From Takakia lepidozioides (taxonomy: Eukaryota; Plantae; Bryophyta), in NCBI GenBank assembly GCA_030704615.1, contig CM060732.1, positions 64,542,001-64,606,000 of the forward strand: DNA of 64,000 nucleotides, given 5' to 3'. The notes beneath the pieces are model-generated. The model ran no database searches. It saw only the letters and a program-made list of their open reading frames with translations, and was not told the origin of the DNA. The position numbers and the translations under genes were made by a program. This document shows, one piece after another, positions 36,472 through 50,000 of this stretch (position 1 is the stretch's first letter; each line of letters starts with the position of its first letter).

Positions 36472-37291
36472 ATGGCCAACTACGAACTCTACCGTAAGTC
36501 TTCCATCGGCATGAGCCTCACAGATGCACTGGACGAGCTGGTCACCAATGGCACCATCTCCCCCCTGCTCGCTGTCAAAGTGCTCATGCAGTTTGATAAG
36601 GTCTCGCTACTCTCTCTATCTGTTTGGGTATCTGCATATTTTGTATCTCCTGTGTCGCCTGTGGTCTTCGGTGCCATGTTGTTAGGGTGAACGCTTCGAG
36701 ATTCTTCCGAGGGTATGGTTTGTTGTTTGGAAAGCCGTAATGACAGGTTTACTTGATTGGGCTATGGTGCAGTCGATGAACGAGGCCTTGCAGTCGAAGG
36801 TCAAATCCAAAACAAATTTTAAGGTTAGTCTGCTCGGTTTCTGGAACCTCTGTGTACATGGTCATATGGTTTATCTAGGTGTGGCGCAACGGGGGTACCA
36901 AAAATTCTGACAACCGGTGAACTCCTCTTCGTGCCTGGTGAACTCCTCTGGTGGTGATGTCGCTGAAAACCCTAGTGAAGGAGAGAGTCAGACATAACCA
37001 CTGTGGAGAATAGAGGGTTGGGATTGGCGGGAATCAAGTAATTTCTGCATCAGACCTTCGGAATTCTTAGACCAGTGCCTGCGAGATCTTGTACACATTT
37101 TAGTTTCCTGTGAAGTGTCACTGAGCGTGCGTGCATGGCTGGCATCACAGGGGCATCTGCACACCTACAGATTCTGTGACAATGTATGGACCTTCATTCT
37201 GGAGAATGCGGTGTTCAAGACTGACAGCGAGGTTCAAATGGTGGACCGCGTGAAGATTGTTGCCTGTGATGCTAAGATCCTTTCTCGCTGA
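36472..37291 (+). CDS. TFIIA-S: Transcription initiation factor IIA small (gamma) subunit
   Basis: Exons 36472-36600, 36773-36823, 37151-37291. [20 protein letters not shown]...FDKSMNEAL...[17 protein letters not shown]...VKIVACDAK. Confidence 0.97.
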
Positions 37292-38308
37292 CTCCTGAAA
37301 ATGGACTCTTCAGCCAAGCTTGGTATCCAGACTTGCCACCTGAAGATCGATAAGTTTGCTTCGCAATGTACCTCGATGAAGTGCCCGGCGTATATGATTC
37401 TCTTCTATGAAACCTAATGCCATGAGGTAGACTCAGTTTGGATTGATCTGTTCATGCATTTATCTTTTTATTCCATGTGAGGAACCCCCACGAACAGCAG
37501 AGCACTTCTAACCACTCAGCACACAAATGTGGTTTCCTGAAAATTTTGATCCACAATGACACATCTTTGTAGGTACCTTACTCGGCACATGAGTCGAAAC
37601 ACAAATAAATGAGTACTGTAATTACGCAAAGCGACAAATATGTGAGGATACTCCAAGCCGCACTTGACTAGGGTTGCCGCTGTCCCATGCTCTTCCGGTC
37701 TTCGTACACCATCTCCATCCAAGAATTACATTACAGATTGCAATTGCTGTTGGACTTCAGTGCTTTGTATGTATTGGACTGGACGCAAATAAAATTGGAA
37801 TTCATTCCCATGTTACAATCAGCTGAAAGTACAGTTCATAAAAAAACCTCATAACTTCCAACTCTATGTGTGGCAGACGATTCTATTCCCAGTTGTATAT
37901 TTCATAACGTCTAGCCCTGTCCAGCTAGTCAAAGAGGGCTTCAACTTCACATAAACAAAAACTCTACTGTGTTGTTAGGCCACATCATGAAATGCCCGTT
38001 ATAACTTTCTGCAGTATAAATGTCCACAGTGGAGGTGCATGAATAGTATGAAGACTCCCTTTGAAGTTTCAATACCTTGATTCCCATGCATGGAATAGAC
38101 ATGTCAGATCAAACCAGGGCACCTCTCAGATCCTGCTCTATCTCTCTCTGCATATTGAGCTGCATAGCGACCCAAAACTAGGGTTGGAACGCTAAGGCTC
38201 ACGATCTCAAAGCTCCCGCAAATAGTCTAACAAAAACAAATGCTCATCTGCTACCAGTGCTTTGGTAGGTATATCTTAAAAAGTCAAAATTGGAAAGCAA
38301 AACCAGAC

Positions 38309-41300
38309 TCATTCCTCATCGGAGTCTTTGAATTTGATGGAGTGGGACTCATTGTCGATGAACCCTCCCTTGTAGCTCCCCCTTTTTTTTTTAGTCTTTT
38401 CATGGCGAAAATCCCTACAAAGATTTGCCAAACATTTAGAAAGTACAGTCATCAGTAATTTCCACAAATGAAAGCTGAAACTCCATGTCTTCACTACCCA
38501 TAAAGAGAGAGAGACCCATATGCAGGAGTGGCTACATACCAACTCCCTTCCAAATTGCCACCACTGATGGAGCAAGCTCCACATTATATATATAATGACA
38601 CTTGCATCCTAAAACTAAAACGTCGAGTAAGTTGTCTATCATCCTTGAGGCAATGTTTCGAAATTGGATTTATGTATACAAATTCGAAGTGCTTCTTCAT
38701 TCATGGGCGAAAGGAAGAAAGACTTACTTTCCCCGGACTTGGCCAAGAACCTCCTGCGCCTTGGCACCATACCCTACCTCTGCGCCAGACTGCCAGGCCA
38801 CATAACCTCATTAAAAGAATGATCCACTTAGTAGATAAGTTTTCGGACAAACAAGTGTGCAGTCCTTCCCGCCACATGGAGATGCAGAGGCACAGTAGGA
38901 GTAACAAACAGGAAGCAAACCACAGAACCCGGTCAGAGTGCAAGGTAAATAAAGATTTTTGAAAAGCTACATTGTGTCACACCTTGGCCCAGTACGAGTT
39001 GTCGCTGAGCCTGGGATCGAACAACTCCACCTGCAGCTCCAGTCCCCAGAGTTGTTCAATGTTAGAGCAAAGGATGTGTGAAGAGAGGAGCAATGGAGGA
39101 AGAATGAAGACATGTACTCACAAGGTGTAACCCTTTGCCAAGAGACCCATAGCCAAAAACAGCCAGGCACCTTTCTCAACAGTTAGAGACTACTACAGAA
39201 GGAACTTGTACAAATCTTCCAGCCAGTCTAGCATCCCATTCTGAGCAGGTCCACCAATAACTAATCTTGGGTGTGTCTAGGTGTGCAATTCAGGTAAGAA
39301 AGATGGGGAGGTGAAGAGTACCGCTTCAGGATTCACCCTTTGAAATGCCCTTCCAGTAGTTGGCTGCACAAACAGTGCCGAAGTATTTGTCAATGCATAC
39401 ATTAGATAAAAGGAGGAAAAAAAGGGTCTGAATAATGTGCTATTGGCTGACAGGCCAGAGCTTAACCGCCAAAACAGTTTGGATAATACAATATGTACAC
39501 AATGCTTGCTGACTCTGGCAACCTCCACATAGGACCCGTGCTAACAAAAAATCGACAGGGGTAGCAAAATCGCACTGTCTTCAATGTTGAGCTGGGGGTT
39601 TTTCTCAGTCCAGATGCGTTCCTGATCACCGACTTTGGAGTGGCATTTCCCCCTTTAGCTTTTACTGCACTTATATCACCATTTTTCGTGTGCTTCCCAT
39701 TAGCTTTGCTTTCGACCTTTGCCTTCTTTCCCGCAGGGGCCCCATCAGTTCCCTCTCCCAACTTTCTCTTCTTGTCATTTGTGGTGCCTGCGAGTCCATT
39801 CTCAGGTTCAGCAGGACCATCCACAACCAATTTAGCATCAGATGCATCCAGCATCTCCAGGTCCTCTACAGGCAACTCCTTTGACAAGTGTTTCCCTTTC
39901 TTCACAGATGTCTGCTTAGCATTCTTCTTCATTGCAGCCTTTGATTCTTCAGCAGCTTTGGTGGTGGCCATCTCCACATCTGGTGGCTGCTTTGAAGCTT
40001 CTTTCCCTTTCTTTGCTGTGGCCTGTTTAATACCAGCAGATGTGAACTGATTTGTGACCTTTCTGCTGGAATCTTCTTTCACGGTTGCAGATTTCTCAGA
40101 GGTTTTCTGTGCCACTTTCGTAGTTTGCTTCTTTACAGCCGTCTTTTGTTCTTCATCCGAGTCATCTGATGAATCTGAGGAGTCATCTGAGGAGGATGCC
40201 TGCAAAGTCATGCAGACAACGACATTACATAAACTAGGAGAGCCCAGACTCACATGACTTGCATAAATGCAAGAGCGGGGGTAAGACCCATCCAACTGTT
40301 CTCAGGTATGGATTGATTCCATTAAGGCCGAAGCTGTTTCTACGTCATAAACGAAACCTAACGGTTCAAAAGAGTCCATGAATGCATATATACCCTGCGT
40401 GAGGACAAGATTCCTATGCCTCCACCAAGGCCTGATCTAAAGGGCCAGATGTCCTGGCTCTCCCAAATTTTCTCCAGTTATGACTGGAGAACTACCACCA
40501 CATGTCACATCCATTGTCACAAGCTACAAGGTTAGAGCAATACTGGAGTCAACCTAATACTTTCTAGTACAAGTCAATGCCAGTCCACACATTCCCTTGC
40601 AGTGGGTTGTCTTGGGGTGAGTGTGCAAGGCCTATGGCAATTAGGGGCAAAGTCTCATGTACTCAAAAAACTCACAATCATGTCTGGTACAGTGAGTCGT
40701 CTGGGGATTATTCCTCAAGGGTAAGTAGAGCCAATCACACGCACACACTTGACCCTCTCTCTACAGGACATGTTATAGCAGAGGCCTTCTCGCACGGGAA
40801 TGAACTCAATATATAGAGAATATACACTTTGAAGTAATTACAGGCTGTTGGGGGAAGGACCACTTGAAAACACAATAAAAGGCCCCCAAAAGTCATGACC
40901 TGTGTGTGTTTAACCAGCATATTTGCCGCTAAACTACCATGTCTCACCTTCCCATTTTCTGCTGGAAGGCTTGCTACTGCCGTGCTCTTTATCTCAACGC
41001 TCTCATCACTGCTTTCCTGCTCCTCCTCAGAAGATGATGAGGACTCTGCCCTTACCACACTCCTATGTGCTGCGGGCTTGACCGCTGCCTCTTCTGCCTT
41101 AGCATCTGTTGAGGGGAGCTTTTCATCCTCGTCAGAATCTGAAGAAGACGAAGATGCAGACACCTTTTGCTGGTATATATGTGGTGCAGCTGGTGGTGTG
41201 GCAACTTGAGCAACAGCCTGGGCCACTACAGCTGGTTTCTTTGTTTCATCGTCACTTTCATCATCACTAGATGAGTCTGAGTTGGAAGAAGAAGCTTCCT

Positions 41301-44300
41301 TCAGCTTGGCTGCTGGCTGAGGACCCTTCTGATTAGATTTCTGTGGGACTATCAATGGTTTTGGTGTGAGCTTCTCATCAGTCTCATCATCACTTGAATC
41401 ATCACTTGAAGATGAGGTAACTGCAGATGAAACTGTGGGCACCACAGTATTTACACTGGCCACAACCTTTGTGTTGGCTGCTCCAGCTTTCATTGTGCCC
41501 CCCTCCTCCTGACTCTCTTCATCACTTTCTGAGTCGTCCACCCCATCTGTACAGCACAAAAGAGGATATGCACTAATTGTCAATTACTCAGACACTCAAA
41601 TTCACTGTAATAGAAATTTCAAATACTGGGGCTTAAATCAATTTAGGAAACACAGGTATCTACCAAAAACCTACTGTCACCTATCCAAAGGTGTGGCTAG
41701 AAGGTCTCAGCTAACCTTCACTCTCTGACTTCTCTTTTTTCACTGGAAGTGCGTTTTCAGCCTTTTCCTTGGGGACTACAGCAACAGATGCTTGAGCGCC
41801 CATATCTTTCTCCTCGTCCGACTCTGACGATGACTCATCACCTGAGGCATCTGCCTCGATGGTCTCTGCAGGCACAACACCATCCTTCTTGCCTGTAAGG
41901 GGAAGGGCCTTCCCCTTAACTTTGGGTAGAATTGCCATGGGTGCCTTCACCTCTGTGTCTTTCTCATCTTCTGAGTCCGAGGATGAGGATGAGGATGATT
42001 CTTTCTTTGGCAATGCGACAGGCTCTTTTTTAACCTTGGGGACGACTGCAATCGGTGCCTTTGCCACTGTCTGTTTCTCATCTTCCGAGTCTGAGGAAGA
42101 GTCATCAGATGAAGATGAAATCGACACTGGCACAACAGCATCTGCTATTCCCTTCCCCACCACTATAGCAGGTGCCTTAGCTCCCGTTACTGTCTCTACT
42201 TCTGAATCACTTGATGACTCGTCAGAAGACGAGCTTTGTGACTTGCTAGCTTTCACTGTTGTAGCTTTCTTCACTACCTCACTTTGGCCTGCTGGCTTAC
42301 TTGAAACCACCGCCACAGCAGCAGGTGCAAGCTTTGTCTCTTTGTCCTCATCATCATCCTCTGATGACTCATCTGATGAACTCTTTGACATCTCTTGATC
42401 AGCTTTGTCCTTCTTGGCAGCTCCCACAGACTCTTTAAACTCACTCTTCACTGTTTTCCTACTCAAGTCCTTAGACTTCAGTTCTAATGCTCCAGGCTTG
42501 GACTTCACAGGTTCAGCTTTTGACTTTGAGGTCTTTGCAGTTTCAGGTTTGGACCTGGTGGCCTCCTCTGACTTGGGCTTTGTAGTGTCCTCTGTCTTTG
42601 ATTTTGCAGGGCCAGCTTTCGCAACAAGGTTGTTTCCTGTAGCGATCCCACCATTGGCCAGTTTACTCTCACTTAATTTTGCTTGCCCTCTGGATGAAGG
42701 TGGTTCTGCTCTTTCATCAGATGACGGAACCTTTTCCACACTGGTGACTAATGCCTTGGCACGCTTTTCAGAGCGCTCTGTGGTGACTCCCTCCTTTGTT
42801 TTCCGCTTCTTCGCTGCTACCCTGGATGCCACAAAGATAGAATTCTGAACAGAGGTGGCTGCGCATGAGGAAAATGCAGAAAGAGGCACACACACTGGGA
42901 GTATATGTGGATCTTCTTTCTCACAATGACTCCCAACAGATGTTACCTTTACCAATATCATGCACCTCTCTACAATTATAACACGGTAGGAAAACAAACA
43001 TGTCATATATGAAGCTTTGGGTTTGACAGAAGTTACATGTCAGGGAGGGGCGTAGATAATAACTCTTAGATGATGTAGAGACAGACTACATTCTGTTTCT
43101 GATCTCATAAGCAGAGAAAGAGGAGCACTAACTTCAAGATGAATAAAAGGGAACAAACTGAATCAGAGAAGTAGAAAGAAGAGAAACTTAGGTAGGGAAT
43201 GACACAGACAATTGCAAAGGGGAAGGTAGGAAGTGGGACCGCACCCTGCATTAAACAGATAGCCAGAGCATATGGTGACAAGATCTTCCTTGACCAACTC
43301 GCCTGATTCTTTCTACAAACAGCAATGTAGCCAACCATGTCTCCGTCAGCACAGCTTGTATCTTATAGACCTATCCCACTCAGGAAACATTTGAGGCAAA
43401 GATTCATGATATTCATGGCCCAGCCCATTTTGGATATGTCCAGATGAAGATCTGGACAAATGTGTCGTACTGGATTCCTACTCAACTATGTAGTGGTGGA
43501 GCCCAGTAGGTATGGTTGCAGATACTTAGGATGCTTAATTGAGTTAACCTTATGGTTGATTGATGAGCACAAATGTGGCCTAGTTGAGATTCAAGAGTTC
43601 AGACTCTTAAGTAATTGATGTTCCCCACTTCAGAAAACCTGACAAAGAGCCACATGATTAGCACTGCGAGCAATCCCTTTGAATGATGAGGATTACGAAC
43701 CACAACTTTTGGCTCTGATTCCCTGTAAAACCCTGAACCCTCCGATGGAAGAGGGGAATAATTAGTTAAAAAAACGTCCCTACAAGGTTCTTTCAAGACA
43801 AGATTAAGCTATCAATCCCCATTTGCAGTCAGGCAATAACCAGATAGATCAATAAGTCAACACTGCATTGTTAAGCACTAACTAGACTTGAGCTTCTGAG
43901 AAATAGCCAGTAGATGATTCCCCTATGATATGAAAAGGAAGCCAAACTCCCACTGTCCTGGGACATATATTAGTGAAACACTTGCCACAGGAGATTGCCC
44001 CGGAGTTTCACACGCAAGAGACATCATGTACCACCATATCTAGCTTCACGAATTGGCTTCGACTAAATATTTACTCAAAATAATACATGCATTGGTCACG
44101 GGATCTTACGCCCCAGGCACTAAAACGGTAGCAGGAGCTCGAGCAGGCAATTAGTCAAGCGACTGCCAGGCTCCACTGGGAAACTAACAGCACGAGCTGA
44201 AACATCTTGCACATTCACAATTCTTTGGATGCCACTCTCGAAGTGAGCCTCACAACTCAGCAAAAACAGGAAAAACGAAGACACATAGTAACAGAGAGCC

Positions 44301-44582
44301 AGACATTACGCAAGCAGCTGTCAAGTTCTCGTCCAAACACGAAAACATATGGCGAGCTCATACAGACTTGTCATTCCCTAGTTGAATATTCGGTGGACTC
44401 CGCGCTTGAAATGAGCCTCATAACCAGCTCAGAAATACAGGGGAAATACTGAAACAGAGATAGACAGAGAAAGAGAGAGGTCTTACGAAGCCGGCCTCCG
44501 AAATGAAAGCTTTCAGAGCCTTGAGCAGGCCACGCTTCCTCAGGTAGTCAACTACCAGCAAATCCACGCCTGCAGACTCCAT
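38309..44582 (-). CDS. Nopp140/SRP40/NOLC1-like nucleolar phosphoprotein
   Basis: N-terminal LisH-like LVVDYLRKRGLLKALKAFISEA. Alternating Ser/acidic and Lys/Ala/Pro blocks. SRP40_C split over small exons: AFQRV, VELFDPRLSDNSYWAK, YGAKAQEVLGQVRGK, DFRHEKTKKKRGSYKGG. Confidence 0.92.
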
Positions 44583-44765
44583 CCCAGTGCCTGGATTTGG
44601 CGATGGCGAAGCAGGCAGCTTGCTATAGCGCAGCTGCAGCGCGCGCGGCAGCAACATATATATATATGTATCAGTCTTCCTCTCTGCTCCCACCGCAGAC
44701 CCTAATGTAAGCTATATGGGGCAGACTTAAACGTGATTAGTGATTACCCTAAAGTAATTATCTTA

Positions 44766-46847
44766 GCCAAGTAATAGATGGGCCCCGGAGTTCAATGCGA
44801 GGGAGCCGGTTCAGCCAGCGCGGACCCCCCGCCCACCCCGCCTCTATCGCCCGCAAAGCCCGCGGCAGCCCCTCCCGCGCCTCATGTTCCCTCTGCCAGG
44901 ACATGACACATGTCCTCTCACCCATCCCCATCCCGCCTCCCATCCTCACCTCATGCATGGCATCGTCCCCTGCATGCCTTCATCCTCCCCATGCCACATG
45001 CTTGCGTCCATTGCATGCAGCGTATCCCCAAACATACATCATGCCCTCAATTCAAATTTGTTACATTTTTTCAAATTTTGAAATGGCAAATCTGAAGAAA
45101 TAGAATGGACGTTGGGATATATGCCACGTCGTCACATACACTGCCACCCCAATGGAGGGTTTTGCTACCCTCATTGTGCATTTCCTAATAGAGCAGTTCT
45201 CTTCATGCGTTTCTAGCTTGCTCACATGAATTGACAGCATTCCATTATACATGCCCAGAGTATGAGTGCAAAAAGGCGCGTGTGAGGATACGGCAGCTAA
45301 AGAAGACATCAACAAACTCAGAAGCGTCTTATTTCTGTAAGCATGGCTGAAGAGGTTGAACATGGCAAGATTTTGCCCCACCTCCTTTTTAATCTGCAGA
45401 GTCGGCTACAAACACCAAAGACAAGTATTTTCACACACCATGACTTGCAATGGAGGTCCCAATGGCACAGACAGACACCTGATGAGACACAGCTGAAATT
45501 GCATATATTCCTTGCAATCGGGTGGCAGACTTCATTGCTGGTGAATCCTCCCAGAAAGAAGCCCCATGCACGTTCCGCACTCATCGACAAAAAGGCACCC
45601 CTGCTGGGACTCTCCAGGCACCACGCATCAATAGTGCCATGAACATTACAAGGTATGAATTCATCTTGCATGTATGGGCATTCAACCCCCTAAAACCTCT
45701 AACAATGGAGTGCAGAAGCCCAAACCCTAAACCCTAAACACCAAAACAAAATGAAATGACTTTAGATAATATGAAATATCTCCGTATGGAGAGTGTTCAT
45801 GGCCGCATATGTGCACGTCCCTGCAGCTCGCAACTGAACTATGGAAACAACACTTTATCCGAGTCTGCTCTTTCAAATACCAAGCAAATGAAACATGCAA
45901 TAAGTTGCCCTCACCTACAATTTTTGTAGCACTGAAAAGTAACAAGTGTCTTACCCTAAACTCCATATGAAACAAAGTGTTCACCTCAGCTTCATGTCAA
46001 TGCTTGCATGAAGTGCCCATAAGTACCAGACAACCCTACTTTTTGCATTTTCCTAAGTACTGTAGTGAGAAAACGAATTAGGAACACAGGTAGTGTGCAT
46101 TTAGGCTAGCACACACGTACTTCTCTAGTTCACTCATTTACCATTACTATTGCCTTGATTGATCTGTTCCCTCCTTTTCAGTATATGTACTTCTGAAATG
46201 TCCCACATTTCTGAACCTATGCATACAGTATATATGAAAGTACCCACAAAGAAGGGAACCTGCGAAGATGATTGGGTTTCGGATGCTCGATGCAGAACTC
46301 ACTCACCCGCAAGATAAATCCTGGGAGAAGAGCACAATGACAATCCGGATAACACAGAAGAGCAAGATTAAGGTTGTGGAGCGATAATAAGGACCTGCAC
46401 GCAATTCAGATTTGGAGCGGAAGCTGTGCAACCATTGAAGACGGCCACAACATCTTGCTTCGTATGCCGATTATCCATTCATATCCACAAACTCGATCTG
46501 CATGACGGGACGTGATACGCCAATGCCATCAAGCGCAACGATAGCGACATTTCGCGATGCCTGCCAACAACGCAACGTCTATTTCACCTACCCTCATCAT
46601 TTTATATGCAATGGATGCAAGCATGTGGCATGGGAAGGATGAAGGCATGCAGGAGACGATGCCATGCATGAGGTGAGGATGGGAGGCGTGATGGGGATGG
46701 GTGAGAGGACATGTGTCATGTCCTGGCAGAGGAACATGAGGCGCAGGGGGGGGCTGCCGCGCGGTGTGCGGGCGATGGAGGCGGGGGTCCACGCTGGCTG
46801 AACCGGCTCCCTCGCATTGAACTCCAGGGCTACATCTATTACTTGGC
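44766..46847. mobile_element. Non-autonomous TIR-MULE (2,082 bp, ~250-bp TIRs)
   Basis: TIRs at about 44766-45017 and 46606-46847 (GCCAAGTAATAGATG...). Perfect 9-bp TSD ATTATCTTA at 44757-44765 and 46848-46856. Confidence 0.93.
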
Positions 46848-46864
46848 ATTATCTTACACCCCTC

Positions 46865-46935
46865 GTGCTAACGAAGCCTGACAGTTAGTTAGGGTTAGGG
46901 TAATGGTGCCCTAACGGCGCGCACCTGACCTAAAA
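46865..46935. promoter_or_regulatory. Telo-box-like (ACCCTAA/TTAGGGT) motifs in the divergent promoter; also at ~44699 and ~44746
   Basis: TTAGGGTTAGGGT and CCCTAA. Telo-boxes are typical of plant ribosome-biogenesis promoters. Confidence 0.45.
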
Positions 46936-47028
46936 AACTCTCTTCTCTCTCACGCTGTTGAGGGATTGTGCGCTCTCTTGTCATTGTTGGAGGGAGTCTG
47001 TTGGAGCAGCTTGTGAGGGGTAGAAGAG

Positions 47029-50000
47029 ATGAAGGAAGTGGCGATGGAGGGAGTGATGCTGAAGCCGCGGACGGACGGGCGGGAGTATAGGAGAGTGGTG
47101 CTGTCGAATGCGCTGCAGGTTTTGATTATAAGCGACCCTGAAACGGACAAGGCAGCTGCCGCGATGGATGTGAACGTGGGGTCGTTCAGCGATCCGGAGG
47201 GGTTGGAGGGGTTGGCGCATTTTCTGGAGCACATGCTGTTTTTCTCGAGTGAAAAGTATCCCGAGGAGGATAGCTATTGCAAGTATCTCACTGAGCACGG
47301 AGGGCATTCCAATGCATTCACAGCGGCTGAAGACACCAATTTTCATTTTGATGTGAGCGCAGACTATCTGGAAGAAGCACTAGATAGGTTTGCACAGTTT
47401 TTCATTTGTCCATTGCTATCTGCAGATGCGGCGTCACGGGAAATAAATGCCGTCAACTCTGAGAACAGCAAGAACCTGACGATGGATATGTGGCGTATGA
47501 ACCAACTCACAAGGCTAATTAGCTCCAATGATCATCCATTTCACAAGTTTGGAACTGGAAATTTGGAGACGCTTGAAGTTGGACCGAAAGCAAGGGGAGT
47601 GGATACTCGGGATGAGTTGGTTAAGTTTTATAACTCCCACTACTCCTCGAACCTCATGCGCCTCGTGATCTATGGTAGAGAATCGGTGGATGAACTTGAG
47701 AAGTTGGCAGTGGACAAGTTCAGCGCCATAAAAAACACAGGAAGAGCAGCGGAGAGGTTTTCCGGCCAACCGTGCCTTCCTGAGCATCTGCAGATAATAG
47801 TGAAGGCGGTGCCAGTGAGGGAGGGACACACGCTTGAATTGATGTTCCCCGTCTCACCGGAGATCCAGAAGTACAAGGAAGCACCCTCCCGGTACCTGGG
47901 ACATCTGATTGGGCATGAAGCGGATGGGTCGCTCTTTGCTCTCCTCAAGAGATTAGGCTGGGCAAACAGCCTAAGTGCAGGAGAGATGGACAGCAGCTTG
48001 GATTTTGGTTTTTTCATGATTGCCATTGAGCTCACTGACATTGGACAAGAGCACATGCAGGAAGTGGTGTGCCTCACATTCCAGTACATCCGTGTTCTTC
48101 AGCAGCATGGCGTCTCAGAGTGGATTTTTGAAGAGCTTCATGCTGTTTGTGAAATGAAGTTCCACTTCCAGGACAAACGGCCCCCCATTTCTTATGCTAC
48201 CGACCTTGTGAGTAACATGCAGCAGTATCCCTGGGAAGACTGGCTGGCGGCATCGTCATTGCCTCGAAACTTTGATGCTGAGGCAATCGCAAATTTGATC
48301 CAGCAGTTGATACCTGAGTCTGTGAGAATCTTTTGGTACTCAAAGCAGTTTGAAGGGAAAACAACTGCCAAAGAACCCTGGTATGGAACTGGGTATGCCA
48401 TAGAAAGAATTGAAGACCAGCTGCTCAAGGAATGGGCAACTGCTCCCATAGAACCAAGGCTGCATGTGCCAGCGCCAAATGTGTTTATTCCTACCGATTT
48501 CACGGTAAGAGACCCAGAGCCAAAGGTGGAACATCCGTTTATATTGAGGAAAACACAAATGTCAAGGCTGTGGTACAAACCTGATACCAAGTTCCATACT
48601 CCTAAGGCTTGCATTCAGATCCAATTCAATTGTCCTGAGTCACATTACTCACCAGAAGGCAGTGTTCTTACCCGTATCTTCACAAAGCTGCTTGTGGACT
48701 ACTTGAATGAATATGCCTACTATGCAGAGGTAGCTGGTTTGAACTACAGCATCATGACGACCGTGACTGGGTTTCAGGTTTCGGTGTCAGGTTACCATCA
48801 TAAGCTGATTATATTGGCACAGAAAATAATTGACAAGATCGTGAACTTTGAAGTAGAGGAGGAGCGATTTGCTGTTATTAAGGAAAAGGTGATGAAGGAC
48901 TACTTAAACTTCAGGTTCCAGCAGCCTTATCAACAGGTCCTGTACAACTGTTCCTTGCTGCTGGAGCAGAAGCGCTGGCATACAAATGAATATGTTGAAG
49001 TGCTGCCCTTCCTGGGAGCCCATGATCTTACAGCATTCTTTCCTCGTATCCTATCCCGCATTTTCTTTGAGTGCTACATAGCAGGCAATCTAACCTCTAA
49101 GGAAGCCGAGGCATTAGCGGAGCACGTTGAAACTACCCTTTCGGATGGGCCAATAGTGAAGGCTAAACCCCCCTTTGCTTCTCAGCACTCAGAGCAAAGG
49201 ATTGTAAAGTTGGAACCAGGCATTGATTTGTATTATCCAACAGCTGGCACAAACCCTCAAGATGAAAACTCAGCACTTCAAGTTTACTTCCAGGTGGGCC
49301 AGGATGACACAGGCACCAATGTGCTGCTTGAACTATTCGTGTTGGCTGCAAAACGGGAAGTCTTCCACCAGCTCAGAACCGTGGAGCAGCTCGGTTATAT
49401 AGTCTTCCTTATGTCCAAAAATGATTATGGTGTGCGTGGAACACATTTCATTATCCAGTCCACGACAAAGGATCCGCAAGGTCTTGATGCAAGGGTGGAG
49501 GCATTTTTGAAGCAGTTTGACAGCGAATTGCAGAAGATGACAGATGAAGAATTCAAGAAGAATGTGGACACATTGATAGAAATCAAGCTGGAAAAGCACA
49601 AAAACTTGTGGGAGGAGAGTAGATTCTTTTGGGGGGAAATTGATGATGGAACACTCATGTTTGACAGGGCACAGGTTGAGGTAGTGGCACTGCAAAAGGT
49701 TGAGAAGCAACAGCTGCTGGAGTTTGTTGCTCAGAACATCCAATGGAATGCACCTAAGCGCAGAAAGTTGAGCATTCAGGTCTATGGTAACCAACATCTG
49801 ACAGAATATGAAGTTGCCAAGGGTGAAACGACAACTTCAACGAAGGAGAATGGATCTGTTTCTGAGAATGGATCTGATGGTGTCAATGGCGTAAAGGTGA
49901 CTACGGACGGGCCTGTGCCAAATGCTGACTTTAATAACAAGGTTACTAGGGAAGAAGATGCCACACCTAAGTCAGCAGTAAGTAATGGGAAGGTAGTCAT

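Noticed and set aside
39640-42848. Plus-strand Ser/Phe-rich ORFs
   Set aside because: Antisense shadows of low-complexity Nopp140-like exons.
43000-44450. Intronic snoRNA in the Nopp140-like gene
   Set aside because: No convincing C/D or H/ACA box pair with a terminal stem seen on the sense (minus) strand.
45718-45740. CCCTAAA repeats as telomere or interstitial telomere
   Set aside because: Only 2-3 units, so at most a telo-box-like motif.
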